Source of the DNA: Candidatus Culexmicrobium cathedralense
GTDB lineage: Archaea > Thermoproteota > Methanomethylicia > Culexarchaeales > Culexmicrobiaceae
DNA: 64,000 bases
Assembly (NCBI GenBank): GCA_025061115.1
Contig: JANZKC010000001.1
Location: 608,001 to 672,000, forward strand
Direction of reading: 5' to 3'
Under the pieces are notes generated by a model. That model was not told where the DNA came from and did no database searches. It saw nothing but the letters and a program-made list of their open reading frames with translations. The translations under genes were made by a program, and so were the position numbers. Shown here one piece after another: positions 1 through 11,086 of this stretch (positions within the stretch are counted from its first letter, which is position 1; each line of letters starts with the position of its first letter).

Positions 1-1
1 T

Positions 2-475
2 GGGAAGAAAATCATTTTGGGTCCATTTCTTAATAGACAAATCAGAATATTCAAAAAGTCTAAGGTAATATTTAAGGGGTTAGTTCATGAACTCCCTCAA
101 GTTCACGGCATTCTGAAACATCTTCCTGAATATTATTGCCTCCTCCATTTTATTAAGCGAGACTGGTCAAGACGTCTATTCTATGCAAGACTTGAAGCAT
201 TACAGTACCATAAGCGCAAAACTAAAAGCATATGGAAAAAAGTACTTTGGCAATTAGCTCCATTAAGCACACCGCTAATATATTTATATTATTTAGCCTT
301 TTCAGCTAAAAATAGAAAACCTCTAAACATACCAACATTGATTTATGCTATGGACAGCGCATTGTACAGAGCCATCGTTCAAACTATTATGCATATTAGA
401 GGAAAAAACAAAACTCGCAGAGCTAAATTAATTGAAGAGATAGGCTTAATCAAACTATTAAAATTAGATAAGTAA
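2..475 (+). CDS. Glycosyltransferase family 2, C-terminal part (gene starts before the window)
   Basis: Frame is open from base 2; IRIFKKSKVIFKGLVHE resembles the R-x-F...F-x-G-x-VHE motif of WaaE-like GT2 enzymes; glycosylation context. Confidence 0.55.
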   Translation, partial: GKKIILGPFLNRQIRIFKKSKVIFKGLVHELPQVHGILKHLPEYYCLLHFIKRDWSRRLFYARLEALQYHKRKTKSIWKKVLWQLAPLSTPLIYLYYLAFSAKNRKPLNIPTLIYAMDSALYRAIVQTIMHIRGKNKTRRAKLIEEIGLIKLLKLDK

Positions 476-499
476 CAATTATAAATTAATAAAATAATA

Positions 500-1633
500 T
501 TACATATTATAATATTTTTCAACTATAAATAAAATCTTTCTTCTGAAAATATCATCAGAAAATAATTTAGCTCTTCTAATTAAAATTTCTTTTAGCTTTA
601 CATCCCACCTTTCTAATGCTAACTTTACCTTTGAAGCTATCTCAGCTGGAATTAATTTCTCGTATCCAAACCCATACTTTCCGTATTCAGCGATATCTAT
701 CCACTGCCCACCAGATTGGTGAACAACGGGTAAGCATCCTGATGCTAAACCTTCAACAACGACTATTCCAAAATGCTCGTAGGGATACAAGTGTAACAGA
801 ACTTTACATTTGCTTAGTAACTCTAGCTTAACTTTGTGCGGAGCATTGGGAATTAGAGTTAGATTATTAATATTAAGTTTATTTTTCAAATTAACAATCT
901 TATTAAAATATTCTTCAGATTTGAAGCCTCTAACAGATCCTATTATATAAAACTTAACTTTGGGAAGCAGTTTGGCTACGTATGGCACTAAATGTAAATG
1001 CTTTTCTGGCATAAATCTTGATATAACTATGACCGCATCATCTCTATCATCATTTTCTGAATAAGTTAGATAATCATCTATTTCAACTGGCGGGTAGACT
1101 ATAATTGCGTCTCTATTAACGTATTTCATTATTATTTCCTTGGAAAACTCGGAGTTAGTTAATAAAAGTGTTTTATTCAAAGTACTTTTCGTAAAATTGA
1201 GCAATAATTCATAAGGAGTAAAGTATGCTCTCCAGAAAAGCGACTTGGAGTACTTAACGTATGGACTCCACTCGCCTCGAAGTATCATTATGGTTGGAAA
1301 ATGCATGTACGTAATGTCTGATGGAACGATCATAGTGTCGCCGTGAGTGTTAATGATCAAATCATACTTCCTTCTGAGTCTAAGTACATTTATGAAAAGA
1401 AGCTGCCTTTGATATATGCCAAACATTCTCAATTGTCTAGTAAGTGAATACTCTCTGGGGATTCTAGGGAGTTTAATTCCCATAACAGTGAAAACCTTAT
1501 TCCAATTCGTTTTCTCTACAGTAGCTAGAGAAACATCATGACCAGCTTCCATTAATGCCTTAATGATATGTAAGCAAACCCTTTCTCCACCACCAGTGCT
1601 GTTAAGCGAATTGTGAGTTATTAAGATATTCAC
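500..1633 (-). CDS. Glycosyltransferase family 4 (GT-B, ALG11-like)
   Basis: N-terminal GGGERV, NSEFSK, VYPPV, ISRFMPEK and EHFGIVVVEGLASG (ExFG..E) motifs. Confidence 0.9.
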   Translation of the reverse strand: MNILITHNSLNSTGGGERVCLHIIKALMEAGHDVSLATVEKTNWNKVFTVMGIKLPRIPREYSLTRQLRMFGIYQRQLLFINVLRLRRKYDLIINTHGDTMIVPSDITYMHFPTIMILRGEWSPYVKYSKSLFWRAYFTPYELLLNFTKSTLNKTLLLTNSEFSKEIIMKYVNRDAIIVYPPVEIDDYLTYSENDDRDDAVIVISRFMPEKHLHLVPYVAKLLPKVKFYIIGSVRGFKSEEYFNKIVNLKNKLNINNLTLIPNAPHKVKLELLSKCKVLLHLYPYEHFGIVVVEGLASGCLPVVHQSGGQWIDIAEYGKYGFGYEKLIPAEIASKVKLALERWDVKLKEILIRRAKLFSDDIFRRKILFIVEKYYNM

Positions 1634-1880
1634 TTTTAACTCCCAAATAACCTACTAAAAACCCAAATATAACTATAATCAATTAAGCCAATCTGAAAGG
1701 TGTTATACAACTATGAATGTAAACATAGTTAAAAATATTGTATTTAAATATGTAAGACACTTCATGTAAGAACATTGAAAAAGTAAATATAACTACAATA
1801 TATGCAATTTTCGAATGAAACAGTTAAACTTAACCATTAAATTAATTGTGAATAAATAATAAACTGGTAGTGGTGGTAAT

Positions 1881-2093
1881 ATGATGGACGACAAAATTGC
1901 GGTCTACATTAAAAAAGATCTTTATGATAGAATAGCTAAACAGGTTGAGAAAAGTCAAGGCATTTTCAAAAGTGTGGATGAATACGTAAATTTCGCACTT
2001 GAAGAAATTCTTAAAGAGGAAGAAAGCCCCTTCACACCGGAAGAAGAGGAAGAGATAAAGAAAAGACTTAGGTCATTAGACTACATAGGTTAG
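1881..2093 (+). CDS. Ribbon-helix-helix (CopG-like) protein with acidic tail ending RLRSLDYIG
   Basis: IAVYIKKDLYDRI...FKSVDEYVNFALEE RHH pattern; close paralog of 22558..22785. Confidence 0.8.
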   Translation: MMDDKIAVYIKKDLYDRIAKQVEKSQGIFKSVDEYVNFALEEILKEEESPFTPEEEEEIKKRLRSLDYIG

Positions 2094-2183
2094 CTAAATC
2101 TAAACTAACACCAGAGTATTAAATATAATATAAACAGAAATTTAGATAAAAATGTCGTACATACAGGTTAAATTGAGGAGCTC

Positions 2184-2490
2184 ATGATCATGAAAGTTTC
2201 CATCCTCACATTAGACAGTCTTGAATACAAGCTAGTGGTAAAATGGAAGCTAAAGAATTTAATGCAATTAAAGTGCGGTTATTTTGAAGATAGCGACGAA
2301 TATTTGCATGAAGAGACAAAAGTTCCATATACCTATTACTTAGGCTTCATTCATAACGGGTAAAAAGCTGGAGGAGTATAGCGTTAGGACAAAATGGACA
2401 TATGGTTGACTTTTAGATATAATAAGACACATTGACACTATATAGAAAACTTAAAGGAAAAAGGCATGTTCTTTCTAAGTTCGGATCGAA
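2184..2490 (+). pseudogene. Decayed alkaline-phosphatase-superfamily (sulfatase/phosphodiesterase-like) gene
   Basis: GAGGAG RBS, then MIMKVSILTLDSLEY...; after a frameshift reads T*ASFITGKKLEEY (W>TAG in the usual WASFITG..P.EHG motif); further stops follow; 3' end approximate. Confidence 0.6.
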
Positions 2491-2542
2491 ACTAAAGTTT
2501 TTTATAAAATTTTAATTATGATTTCTTGAAAATTATCATAAA

Positions 2543-3679
2543 TTATTGAAAGCATATTTTATATTTAGCTCTTCTATTGAATAATTTATTAAATTCATTC
2601 TTATGCTTAAAGACAATTATTGGTATGAGCAGCGTCGTATATTGGCTGAATAGCGTGAACTTAATTAAATTAGCAAGGGCATTTAGCCAACTCTCACACT
2701 TAGTCAGTCTTAACTTTACGATGTACAGCAGAGATAAGACTCCATGCATCCCAATTAATATTAATCCAAAATTGATAGTGATATTTGTAAGCAACAATAA
2801 AAGCCCTACTAGGAGAGTAAAGCTATTTAAAACATGAAAAAGCATTCTCTTCCCAACGGTACTTTTCAAGAAATTAAGTGATGTTTTAAAAAAGCTTCCA
2901 CTATAATAAGTATATGCTATAACGAGAGCCTTCTTGTATAAGCCACGGAAGTACTCTCGAATACTCATACGGACATAAATATCAGATCGCTTAATTATGT
3001 TTATATCATATGCTAGGGGTTTATCGGAGCTAATAGAATAAACTTTGTATTCGTTTTTCCATACATGATAACCGAAAAGGCGATCTTCACTAAAAGTCAT
3101 GTCCGAATCAAATTTTATACGATTTGCTATTTCTGCTGGGATTAATGTCAAACTCATTTCACACCAAGGAACAGGCTTTGCTTTAATATTTAGCTCACAC
3201 TTATCCTCATCTAAATCTACAATGCTATTAGCAAATTGTACTAGATCATTCAAATTTGTAAATGTCTTGAACATTGTCTTTGCACTGACCACGCAAGGAC
3301 CATTATTTATATCAAAATCAATTAACTTAAGTAATATTTGTTTATTAGCTATAGTTATATCCGAATCAATAAAAAGTATATAATCAACACACTTTTTAAT
3401 TGCTCTAATTATACATTCATTCCTTCCCTCTGGGATATTGCATGGTTTAACTGTAATTTCATATCTTAACCCATATGAGTCAAGTATTTTCTTTGCTATA
3501 TCAGCAGTACCATCAGTGCTGCCGCCATCAACTATTATTATGTAAATCTTATCCTTAGGATATTTAAGTTTAGCAATACTTCTAAGCGCATATCCAATAA
3601 CATTACTTGCATTCTTACATGTCATGCAGATGGCAACCAGCGGGTACGAAAATTGGCGATTAAATTTATCAGAACACAT
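2543..3679 (-). CDS. Glycosyltransferase family 2 with C-terminal membrane helices
   Basis: VDGGSTDGT, GRN, LFIDSD (DxD) and SED motifs; hydrophobic C-terminus. Confidence 0.9.
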   Translation of the reverse strand: MCSDKFNRQFSYPLVAICMTCKNASNVIGYALRSIAKLKYPKDKIYIIIVDGGSTDGTADIAKKILDSYGLRYEITVKPCNIPEGRNECIIRAIKKCVDYILFIDSDITIANKQILLKLIDFDINNGPCVVSAKTMFKTFTNLNDLVQFANSIVDLDEDKCELNIKAKPVPWCEMSLTLIPAEIANRIKFDSDMTFSEDRLFGYHVWKNEYKVYSISSDKPLAYDINIIKRSDIYVRMSIREYFRGLYKKALVIAYTYYSGSFFKTSLNFLKSTVGKRMLFHVLNSFTLLVGLLLLLTNITINFGLILIGMHGVLSLLYIVKLRLTKCESWLNALANLIKFTLFSQYTTLLIPIIVFKHKNEFNKLFNRRAKYKICFQ

Positions 3680-4145
3680 ATTTCTATTTCACTTATTCTC
3701 ATTTTTAAAATTCTCTAAAGTCTCTTTTCTAAGTATTTATATAATACAATACCATTTAACAGTAATTTTTAATATTACCTCTCAATTTAAAATATATTCT
3801 AAAAAATCACAAAATAATAAAGTTATATTACAGGATTAATTACTAGAATAATTGAAAAATATCACAAAAGGTAGCCACTAGTAAATTTTTCTTTTTAGAA
3901 CGCATAGCTAATAAAATATAAAAACTAATAAAAGATAAAGCTCATCATAAGTTATTTGTGGCAGCTAGAATGCATAAAAACTTCTTTGACAACCTTATAG
4001 CTATAATCATAATATTAACATTTCATATTTTATTGATTTGCAAGATAAGTTCATTATGAAATTAATCAAGAAAGCAGAATGTTATGTCGTAAGGTCAAAG
4101 CAGAAAAAATTTATGTAAACATAATCAATATTGGATATTTATAAT

Positions 4146-5400
4146 TTAATTAAAATATTTTTTAATAATTTTCGCTTCTGATTTAACAACATTACTCCAA
4201 CTTGAAAACTTATTTAAAAACATTCTTATTTGATGAAAATCGAATTTCAAATCTCCTTTGAGAAACTTAAATATTTTATTTGCCATTGCATTTACATCGC
4301 CAACTGAAACCCTTATTACGGCATTAACTCGTTCATAGTTGAATTTTATGGCAGGAATTTCATATGCAATAACAGGTATGTTATGTGATAGACTTTCCAT
4401 AATTGCTAGAGATATTGCATCTAGATAGCTTGGATATACCATAACCTTACATGTTTTTAACAAACTTGTAAGCTTGCTATGTGATAGAAAACCGAGAAAA
4501 GTTATGTAGTCATTTAAAGATAAACTTTCAATTAATTTGAAGAAAAAGATTTCTACACTTTTATTATAGAATTTGCCTGCAACTGCCAATTTGACGTTAA
4601 CCCCTTTTTCTAGTACTTTTTTCCAAATTAGAGGTAAATCCAAAACACCTTTTTTAGGTATTAACCTTGCGAAGAAAATTGCATCATAGTTCATATGCGG
4701 CTTACTAATGTTAGTTTTAGCTATATTCTTAATATGCTCATAAGATGTGTTTGGACCTAGAACTTTAAGCCTATTAATCCACTGATCCCCCATTTCATAG
4801 GGTATTGATTGTGATACTGATAAAATTAAGTCAAACCTTTTTAGTGTTCTTCTCAATATTATTTTTCATTTTATTTAAACTCATAATCGTTATCTTTTTA
4901 GATATTCTTTTTAAAGTTTTATTTGAGTAGATAATATTGTTGAAGTAGAAATTCAATTTAGGGATTCTGTCATCATGATAGAAAGGAGGTAAGCAAAGAA
5001 GCGCTATCTTAGGTATTCTCAATAAGTTTGAAAGATAATATGAAAAAATTATTAGCTTGAAATTTTCATGATGGCAATACACTGCGTCGAAATGATCCTT
5101 ACCATAGTTTTTAATAATTTCTCTAGCTACTTTTTCAGCACACTTGCGGCAAGCATAGAGATATTCAGAAGTTTTTGTAAGTAAGGTGTACTTAAGTACG
5201 TCGATTTTTTGGATGAAGTCAATGCTTCCAACGAGGTCGATATTTAAATTTTCTTCCCTAACATTTTTGATATGTCTCTTATAGGTTATTAAGTGAGGCT
5301 CAATATCATATTCTCCCAGGTACTTTAAACTCATTAAACTTCTTAAGCTGCCGCCACTTTGCTTACTTGGCGCCGAAACATAAAGTAATTTCAATTGCAA
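4146..5400 (-). pseudogene. Glycosyltransferase family 4 split by a frameshift
   Basis: ORFs 4831..5400 (N-domain, SGGSLR) and 4146..4856 (FARLIPKKG, PSYLDAISLAIMESL) overlap; removing one A from the A5 run in ATGAAAAATAATATTG near 4860 fuses them. Confidence 0.75.
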
Positions 5401-5624
5401 TTAAATACTCCTCAGCTGAAGGTTAATCTACTCTGTTAATCACTAACATATGAAATCATTTATAAACTAATGCTAGAATTCTATTAAGTTCACCTTTTCA
5501 GAAACTACATAGTAACACAAAGATTAGGACTCATAACGTTATAGTTATTGTAACTTTACATGCATCAGTTATCATGCAAAACTGCTCAAAGTATTTTTAT
5601 TCGACTAACTTAGGAATTTTACTT

Positions 5625-6605
5625 ATGAATTTCATTGTGGGTGTTGATGGCGGCGGGGTGAAGACGGAAGCAGTGGTAGCTACAGTTGAAGGCGAAATTA
5701 TTGGATTTGGAAGAGGGGGACCTTCCAATATTAACGTTGCAAGTAAAAAGGAAGTGGCAAGATCGCTTAGGAAGGCAATTTTTTCAGCTTTGAAGAAGAG
5801 TGGGGCTAGTGGTAAGGCACTTGCTGGAGTTTTAGGTGTAGCTGGAACTGAAAGGAGGGATAACGCCGAAGCAATTAGAGAAATTGCTTTAAAACTTGAC
5901 TTTGCTGAAAGAGTTATCGTTACTTCAGACGCCATGATCGCACTTATCTCAGCAACCAAGATGAAACCAGGCATAATATTAATTTCAGGCACTGGCTCAA
6001 TTGCCTTTGGAATGAATAGTAATGGAAACACTGCTAGAGCAGGCGGCTGGGGCTACATACTAGATGATGAGGGAAGCGGATACTGGATAGGGCTAAGAGC
6101 ACTTAGAGAAGTTATGAAAGCATATGATGGTAGAGGACATAGAACTACTCTTGCTAGCACTTTGTTTGATCATCTTAATATTGAACAGCCAGAGGATTTA
6201 GTATCAATGATTTATTCCGGAGAATTGAAAGTTTCAAACATAGCTTCACTCGCGGAATTAGTTGTAAAGTGCGCCAAAATGGGAGATCAAGTGGCTAATG
6301 AAATACTGAGAGAAGCTGGCGAAAAACTAGCTGAAATGGCTGTAGCTGTAGCTAAGAAATTGAAATTCAATAGTAAAGTTGACATCTATTATTTTGGAGG
6401 AGTATTTAAGGCAGGCAATCTCATCTTAAAGCCACTAAAAAATAAGCTGTACGAATTAGGAGTTTTCGCTGAATTTAGGAAATCCGAATTAAAGCCAGTA
6501 GTAGGCGCAGTCATCTTAGCATTAAAGGCATTAGGTATAGATTTAGATGAAAAAATCTGGGCAAACTTAGTCGATTCGGCTAAGGCATGGGGATTAGCTC
6601 ACTAA
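5625..6605 (+). CDS. BadF/BcrA-type N-acetylhexosamine kinase (MurK/GlcNAc-kinase-like)
   Basis: GVDGGG.KT, GPSN, SDA, ISGTGS, RAGGWGYILDDEGSGYWIG and GGVF motifs; start placed at ATG 5625. Confidence 0.85.
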   Translation: MNFIVGVDGGGVKTEAVVATVEGEIIGFGRGGPSNINVASKKEVARSLRKAIFSALKKSGASGKALAGVLGVAGTERRDNAEAIREIALKLDFAERVIVTSDAMIALISATKMKPGIILISGTGSIAFGMNSNGNTARAGGWGYILDDEGSGYWIGLRALREVMKAYDGRGHRTTLASTLFDHLNIEQPEDLVSMIYSGELKVSNIASLAELVVKCAKMGDQVANEILREAGEKLAEMAVAVAKKLKFNSKVDIYYFGGVFKAGNLILKPLKNKLYELGVFAEFRKSELKPVVGAVILALKALGIDLDEKIWANLVDSAKAWGLAH

Positions 6606-6658
6606 TTTCCAGACATAATTTAAGCTTTTACGACACCGCTCTCAATAAAATAGATAAT

Positions 6659-8632
6659 TTATGAGAATCTGCACATCATGAAATCTTTTTTTCCAAAACA
6701 GCTTGACCTCTTCGCAAACTTGCAAATTAACCCTATAATTTTAGGTAGTTCTTTAGGTCTTGTTGAAGGAAGCCCCAACCTTAAACTCTGAAACAGCTTA
6801 TAACTATTTTTAGCAACTCTAATTGGATGCGCGCCAACTCTAATTGCTGTGATAACATTAATCAAATTATCTTCCACAACTATTATTGGATCATCGCTAC
6901 CATAATTGAACCTGCTCATACACGCTTGGAAAAGTGACTCTTTCAATGGGCCAAAGCCTGAATCTCTACCTACCACATAGTGAAAAATGCTGGTTAAGCC
7001 AACCTTCTCCAATGCCTTGGAGGCGGATTTAACGCTTTGCTTGGTGGCTAAGCAAATATACGCTTCACTAGCCAACTTTCTCAAGTAATCCACTTCATTA
7101 ACTAATAGTTTCACATACCTAATTGAATTCAGTTCGAAAGACTCAATTACACTTGATGCTCTATAAAAATCCTCAACATTATTCATCCAAAGCCTAGAAA
7201 GAGCAGCAGAAACACTTTCCCATTTGAAGGCCAGATTAGCTTTAATAAGAGCTCTTTTGACTAAAATCCAATTAATATTAAAGTCGACTAACGTTCCATC
7301 AAGATCGAAAATGAACAAAGGCCTCTTCTTCGATCTCATCAATCTACTACATAGAGATTGAAACCATCTGCTCAAAGAACTTAAGCTTTTTTCTACACTT
7401 TTTCTCCACCTTATCTTCTCACTTTTCAAACTAGACAATCCAACTAATAATTGAGGTACAAGTCTAGTTGGGTCTGATAGGTGGAAATCGCTGAATCCAA
7501 ACCCTAGAAGGCCTTTTCGAGCCATGTACAGCCAAGTAGTAGGCACTTTAGCTAAATATCTAAGCCCATCAACAACCCAATAATACTCCCCCTTAAGTAC
7601 CTTTAGCGTTTTAGCCAACTTCTCAGCACTCTCCACTCCCTCTAAGTAAGCCAAAGCAAGTATCGCAGGAAAGTGATAGCCAAGAGATACGGAAAGATGC
7701 AAGCTACCCCAAAACTTAGGGTTAAGCTCAATGACATAGTACTTACCTAGCTCATAATTCCACTTTGTTTCAACCATGAGAGGGCCGCTCCACCTTAAAT
7801 GCCTAACAACAGCTCTACCCAATGCGTAAAGATTCGGATCCATCATTGGACCTTTAGCAGCTAAACTAGCACCACCACTTGGGTCGTATTCAACAATTCT
7901 TTCATGAGTAAATTCTAGTAGAGGAGTGCCCTCATAAGCTACTACGTAATATCCTCTAGCTCTTCCAGGAGCGTACTCTTGGACAAGGCATGGAGCCCTC
8001 TTTAACGCCATTTCAGCTGCTAGCTCATGCGAGATAACATACTCAGGTTTAGAGGCGTCTCCCAAACCCTTAACAACAAGCGGCGGTTTTAAATCTCTAA
8101 TTAGGTTAACATTCTCTGAGCCTTTTACAATCACTAAGCTAGGGACCTCAGCAATTCCCTTAAGAGTTTTTGGCAAGTCCCCTTTGCTTGAAGCCTTAGC
8201 AACTGCCTCATAACTAGGCGCAGCTACTTTAACTTCAAATTCATCAAAAATCTTGATGTACTTCGAAAATGTAGCTACATCAATAAAATCTACAGGTACT
8301 ACAAGATCAGCAGCTACATTTCTTGCCAGCTTAGCTACAGCTAAAGCCCATGCAGCTTTTTCCCTATCAACTTTAACAATGTGTTTCTCATCTAGAAGCT
8401 TGGAGTAATTATGAGGATGGTGAACTCTATGAGACACGCCGATAATTTTAGCTTTAATAACCTCCTTCAACGAGTACATCATCCCAATAGCTTTGCGAGA
8501 TGCTATGGAGGCTAATAAAATTTTATATGTCATCATTAATACACCCACATCCAACACATTAACGACGGAATATTTTATCACCTTACCTCCGCGATCCAGC
8601 TTTCGCGATGTTAAGTATGAAAATTGAACCAA
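6659..8632 (-). CDS. ATP-grasp (carboxylate-amine ligase-like) domain fused to a C-terminal HAD domain
   Basis: LVQEYAPG, GPLMVETK and IELNPKFWGS ATP-grasp motifs; FIFDLDGTL HAD motif I; true start probably about 100 nt inside (MMTYKILL). Confidence 0.8.
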   Translation of the reverse strand: MVQFSYLTSRKLDRGGKVIKYSVVNVLDVGVLMMTYKILLASIASRKAIGMMYSLKEVIKAKIIGVSHRVHHPHNYSKLLDEKHIVKVDREKAAWALAVAKLARNVAADLVVPVDFIDVATFSKYIKIFDEFEVKVAAPSYEAVAKASSKGDLPKTLKGIAEVPSLVIVKGSENVNLIRDLKPPLVVKGLGDASKPEYVISHELAAEMALKRAPCLVQEYAPGRARGYYVVAYEGTPLLEFTHERIVEYDPSGGASLAAKGPMMDPNLYALGRAVVRHLRWSGPLMVETKWNYELGKYYVIELNPKFWGSLHLSVSLGYHFPAILALAYLEGVESAEKLAKTLKVLKGEYYWVVDGLRYLAKVPTTWLYMARKGLLGFGFSDFHLSDPTRLVPQLLVGLSSLKSEKIRWRKSVEKSLSSLSRWFQSLCSRLMRSKKRPLFIFDLDGTLVDFNINWILVKRALIKANLAFKWESVSAALSRLWMNNVEDFYRASSVIESFELNSIRYVKLLVNEVDYLRKLASEAYICLATKQSVKSASKALEKVGLTSIFHYVVGRDSGFGPLKESLFQACMSRFNYGSDDPIIVVEDNLINVITAIRVGAHPIRVAKNSYKLFQSLRLGLPSTRPKELPKIIGLICKFAKRSSCFGKKDFMMCRFS

Positions 8633-9688
8633 TTAAACACTACTTATCCAATAGTTGTAAATTTCCTCAGCACTAGTCATCCAAGCCTTCTTTTCTTTCA
8701 GATACATCAAAATTTTCTCATAAAGCTTTGCCCAATCTCCATAACGTAATTCATCAAAAGTGTTGTTGTGCCAAAGAATCGTTATCACGCCATTATTTCT
8801 CTCTGTAACATCTATTAAATGTTTTATAATGTCATAGGCTTTACTAGGACTTATACGCATGTATCCATAGAAAGTTGTATCCATCACCACTAAGGGAATT
8901 TCCAGGATGTCTATCTCGGCATCCTTGTTTAGGTCATATGGTTTAAACGGGTGGCACATTCCATTTCTGAAACCCGGCATATCAGGGTATCCGAAGGTGG
9001 TATCATACTTGAAACCCAGCTGAGCTAGTAGATTCCAGGTATCAGGTACCTGAAACCTTAGGTAATGCATCCGCACTCCAATAACCCTTTTCCCTACAAC
9101 CTTTTCTACTCTCTCCCTTTCTTTAGCCAATTCTTTAGGATCATTATAAGAGTAATATCCTCCATGAAGGCCGACCTCCCAACCCATATCAACAATGTAC
9201 GCAAATTCATCCGTCAACTCATTGATATCATAAACTGAACCAAAATCTCTTGTTGCTGATTTAAAGAAAAAAGTAGATTTTGCATCATATTTATTCTCAA
9301 GTTCAATAATATACCTAAAATTCCAGTAAGGGCTAAGTGACTTGCTTTTAGTAATTCCTCCAAAAAAGCGCTTAAAGCTTTCAACTAACCTTTGGTTTTT
9401 AAGAAGTTTAAGCGTTGCAGAGAAAATGTGTTTCCAATTTGGATGAATATGATCTATGTCATGAGTTAAACATGCTGCAAATCTGAAGCCCTCAGGCCAA
9501 GCAATATCCATAATACCTTCTTTGACAAGGTAACTTGAAACAACAGGATCAAATGCATTCTTGTAATTTGAGAATTTATATATGAAACGCCCATGCTCGT
9601 CCTTCATACTACTATATTCCTGTTTTGCAGTAAAAATATCAAATAGCTCCTTTTCACGTTTTATCTTCTCAACAAAAGGAACCTTCAT
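8633..9688 (-). CDS. Polysaccharide deacetylase family protein
   Basis: LTHDIDH, EVGLHG, RMHYLRF, YDTTFG and ILWHN motifs. Confidence 0.85.
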   Translation of the reverse strand: MKVPFVEKIKREKELFDIFTAKQEYSSMKDEHGRFIYKFSNYKNAFDPVVSSYLVKEGIMDIAWPEGFRFAACLTHDIDHIHPNWKHIFSATLKLLKNQRLVESFKRFFGGITKSKSLSPYWNFRYIIELENKYDAKSTFFFKSATRDFGSVYDINELTDEFAYIVDMGWEVGLHGGYYSYNDPKELAKERERVEKVVGKRVIGVRMHYLRFQVPDTWNLLAQLGFKYDTTFGYPDMPGFRNGMCHPFKPYDLNKDAEIDILEIPLVVMDTTFYGYMRISPSKAYDIIKHLIDVTERNNGVITILWHNNTFDELRYGDWAKLYEKILMYLKEKKAWMTSAEEIYNYWISSV

Positions 9689-9864
9689 TTGACCCCCCTC
9701 AAATGAAGTAGCCTCGTTATCATTATGATTATTGTCATTTATACCATTTATTAATATAATTTTAAGCGTATAATTTTAGCCAACTAAAAACAAGCTTAAA
9801 AGGATGAGGTGATGAATCATAGCTACTTATTTAAATATTAAAAATAAATTGAATATAAAAATCA

Positions 9865-10680
9865 TTAAAATTTGATTAATAATCTACAAAGAAAATTTTT
9901 TAGTTTTTCAATATATCTTCTCTTTTGCAATTCCTTCATAAAATCGGAAATATCTGATGATGATTCCACAGAGCTTATGAATCCAGCTATCATGTGCACG
10001 CCTAGAGCAAGAGACCGCATGGAAAGTAGCACGCTTCTACTAATAGCATAAGGCCACCAATATCCAACTACCTTCATCGCCTTACCCCATAAAAAGGCTT
10101 TTCTAGGAGACACTCTAGTGGGTCTTATGAGCTTGAACTTGAGGTCATCATAAGTCCGCGCATTATAACCCTGCGATAAAGCCTTAAAAATAAGCCATGG
10201 CTCAAAGCCATAAATTAGGGGATACCTATAACCAATACTCTTAAACCAATCGGCATCAACAAGCCTACCTGCACCTCTCACACCATATTCACTGCTTTCT
10301 TCACCAACAGCAATGCCAGAGGCTACTACAACCCCATCGCGCATCATCCTCTTTGCCAGCTCCTCGACATAGTGAGGAGGCTAGAGGCAATCAGCACCTG
10401 AAATCATCACGTAATCTAGCTTAAGTGACTCGAGAACTTCAAAGCCCTTATTTATCAGATAAGCGATATAAGGTGTCCCTACCATATTTGCAGTGGATTT
10501 TCTCTTAATCCTTATAACTGTGGCGCCTAATTTCTCAGCAATATCAGCGGTCCCGTCAGAACTAGAATCGTCCACTACAACTATCTTTTGAGGGGGAATT
10601 GATTGTCTCAACAAGCTTTTCAGAGTTAACCCAATGAATTTTCTCTCATTTCTAGCTGGTATTACGACGCCATATTTCAT
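9865..10680 (-). pseudogene. Glycosyltransferase family 2 interrupted by a single in-frame TAG
   Basis: VVIPARNE, VVDDSSSDGT; reads GADCL*PPHYVEELAKRMMRD in one frame, stop at 10381-10383. Confidence 0.8.
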
Positions 10681-11086
10681 GAATCACACCCATATGTCTG
10701 TCAACTGCACTATATTCCTAATAAAGCATCTATAAATTATTATTGAACCACTTTCTAATCAATTTTCGAACTATAAAACATTCTAAACTATAAAATAAAA
10801 TTTCTAACACTACAATCAAGAAAACTTGAAAGAGATTTACATGTTGTAAGAAGCTCTGGCGAGGCAGCATTTTAAAAGACGCATTTACTGCAACTAAGCC
10901 AGTTAAATTACTTTGGAAAAGCATTTTATATGAGTGTAGAATCATTATTCACTCAAAGTAGAACTAAAAACTAATTTCAAACCAGCAGTGAAAGCATTAA
11001 TTTTGGCGCTTAAAAATTAGCAAATAGAGGTAAATGAGGATGAGTGGAACGTGCTTTTACAATCAACTAAAAGTGGAGGTTAATCA

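Noticed and set aside
9865-10680. Genome-wide TAG recoding (pyrrolysine code)
   Set aside because: TAG terminates conserved genes at their expected ends (namZ, radA, M42); other internal TAGs are in genes with additional lesions
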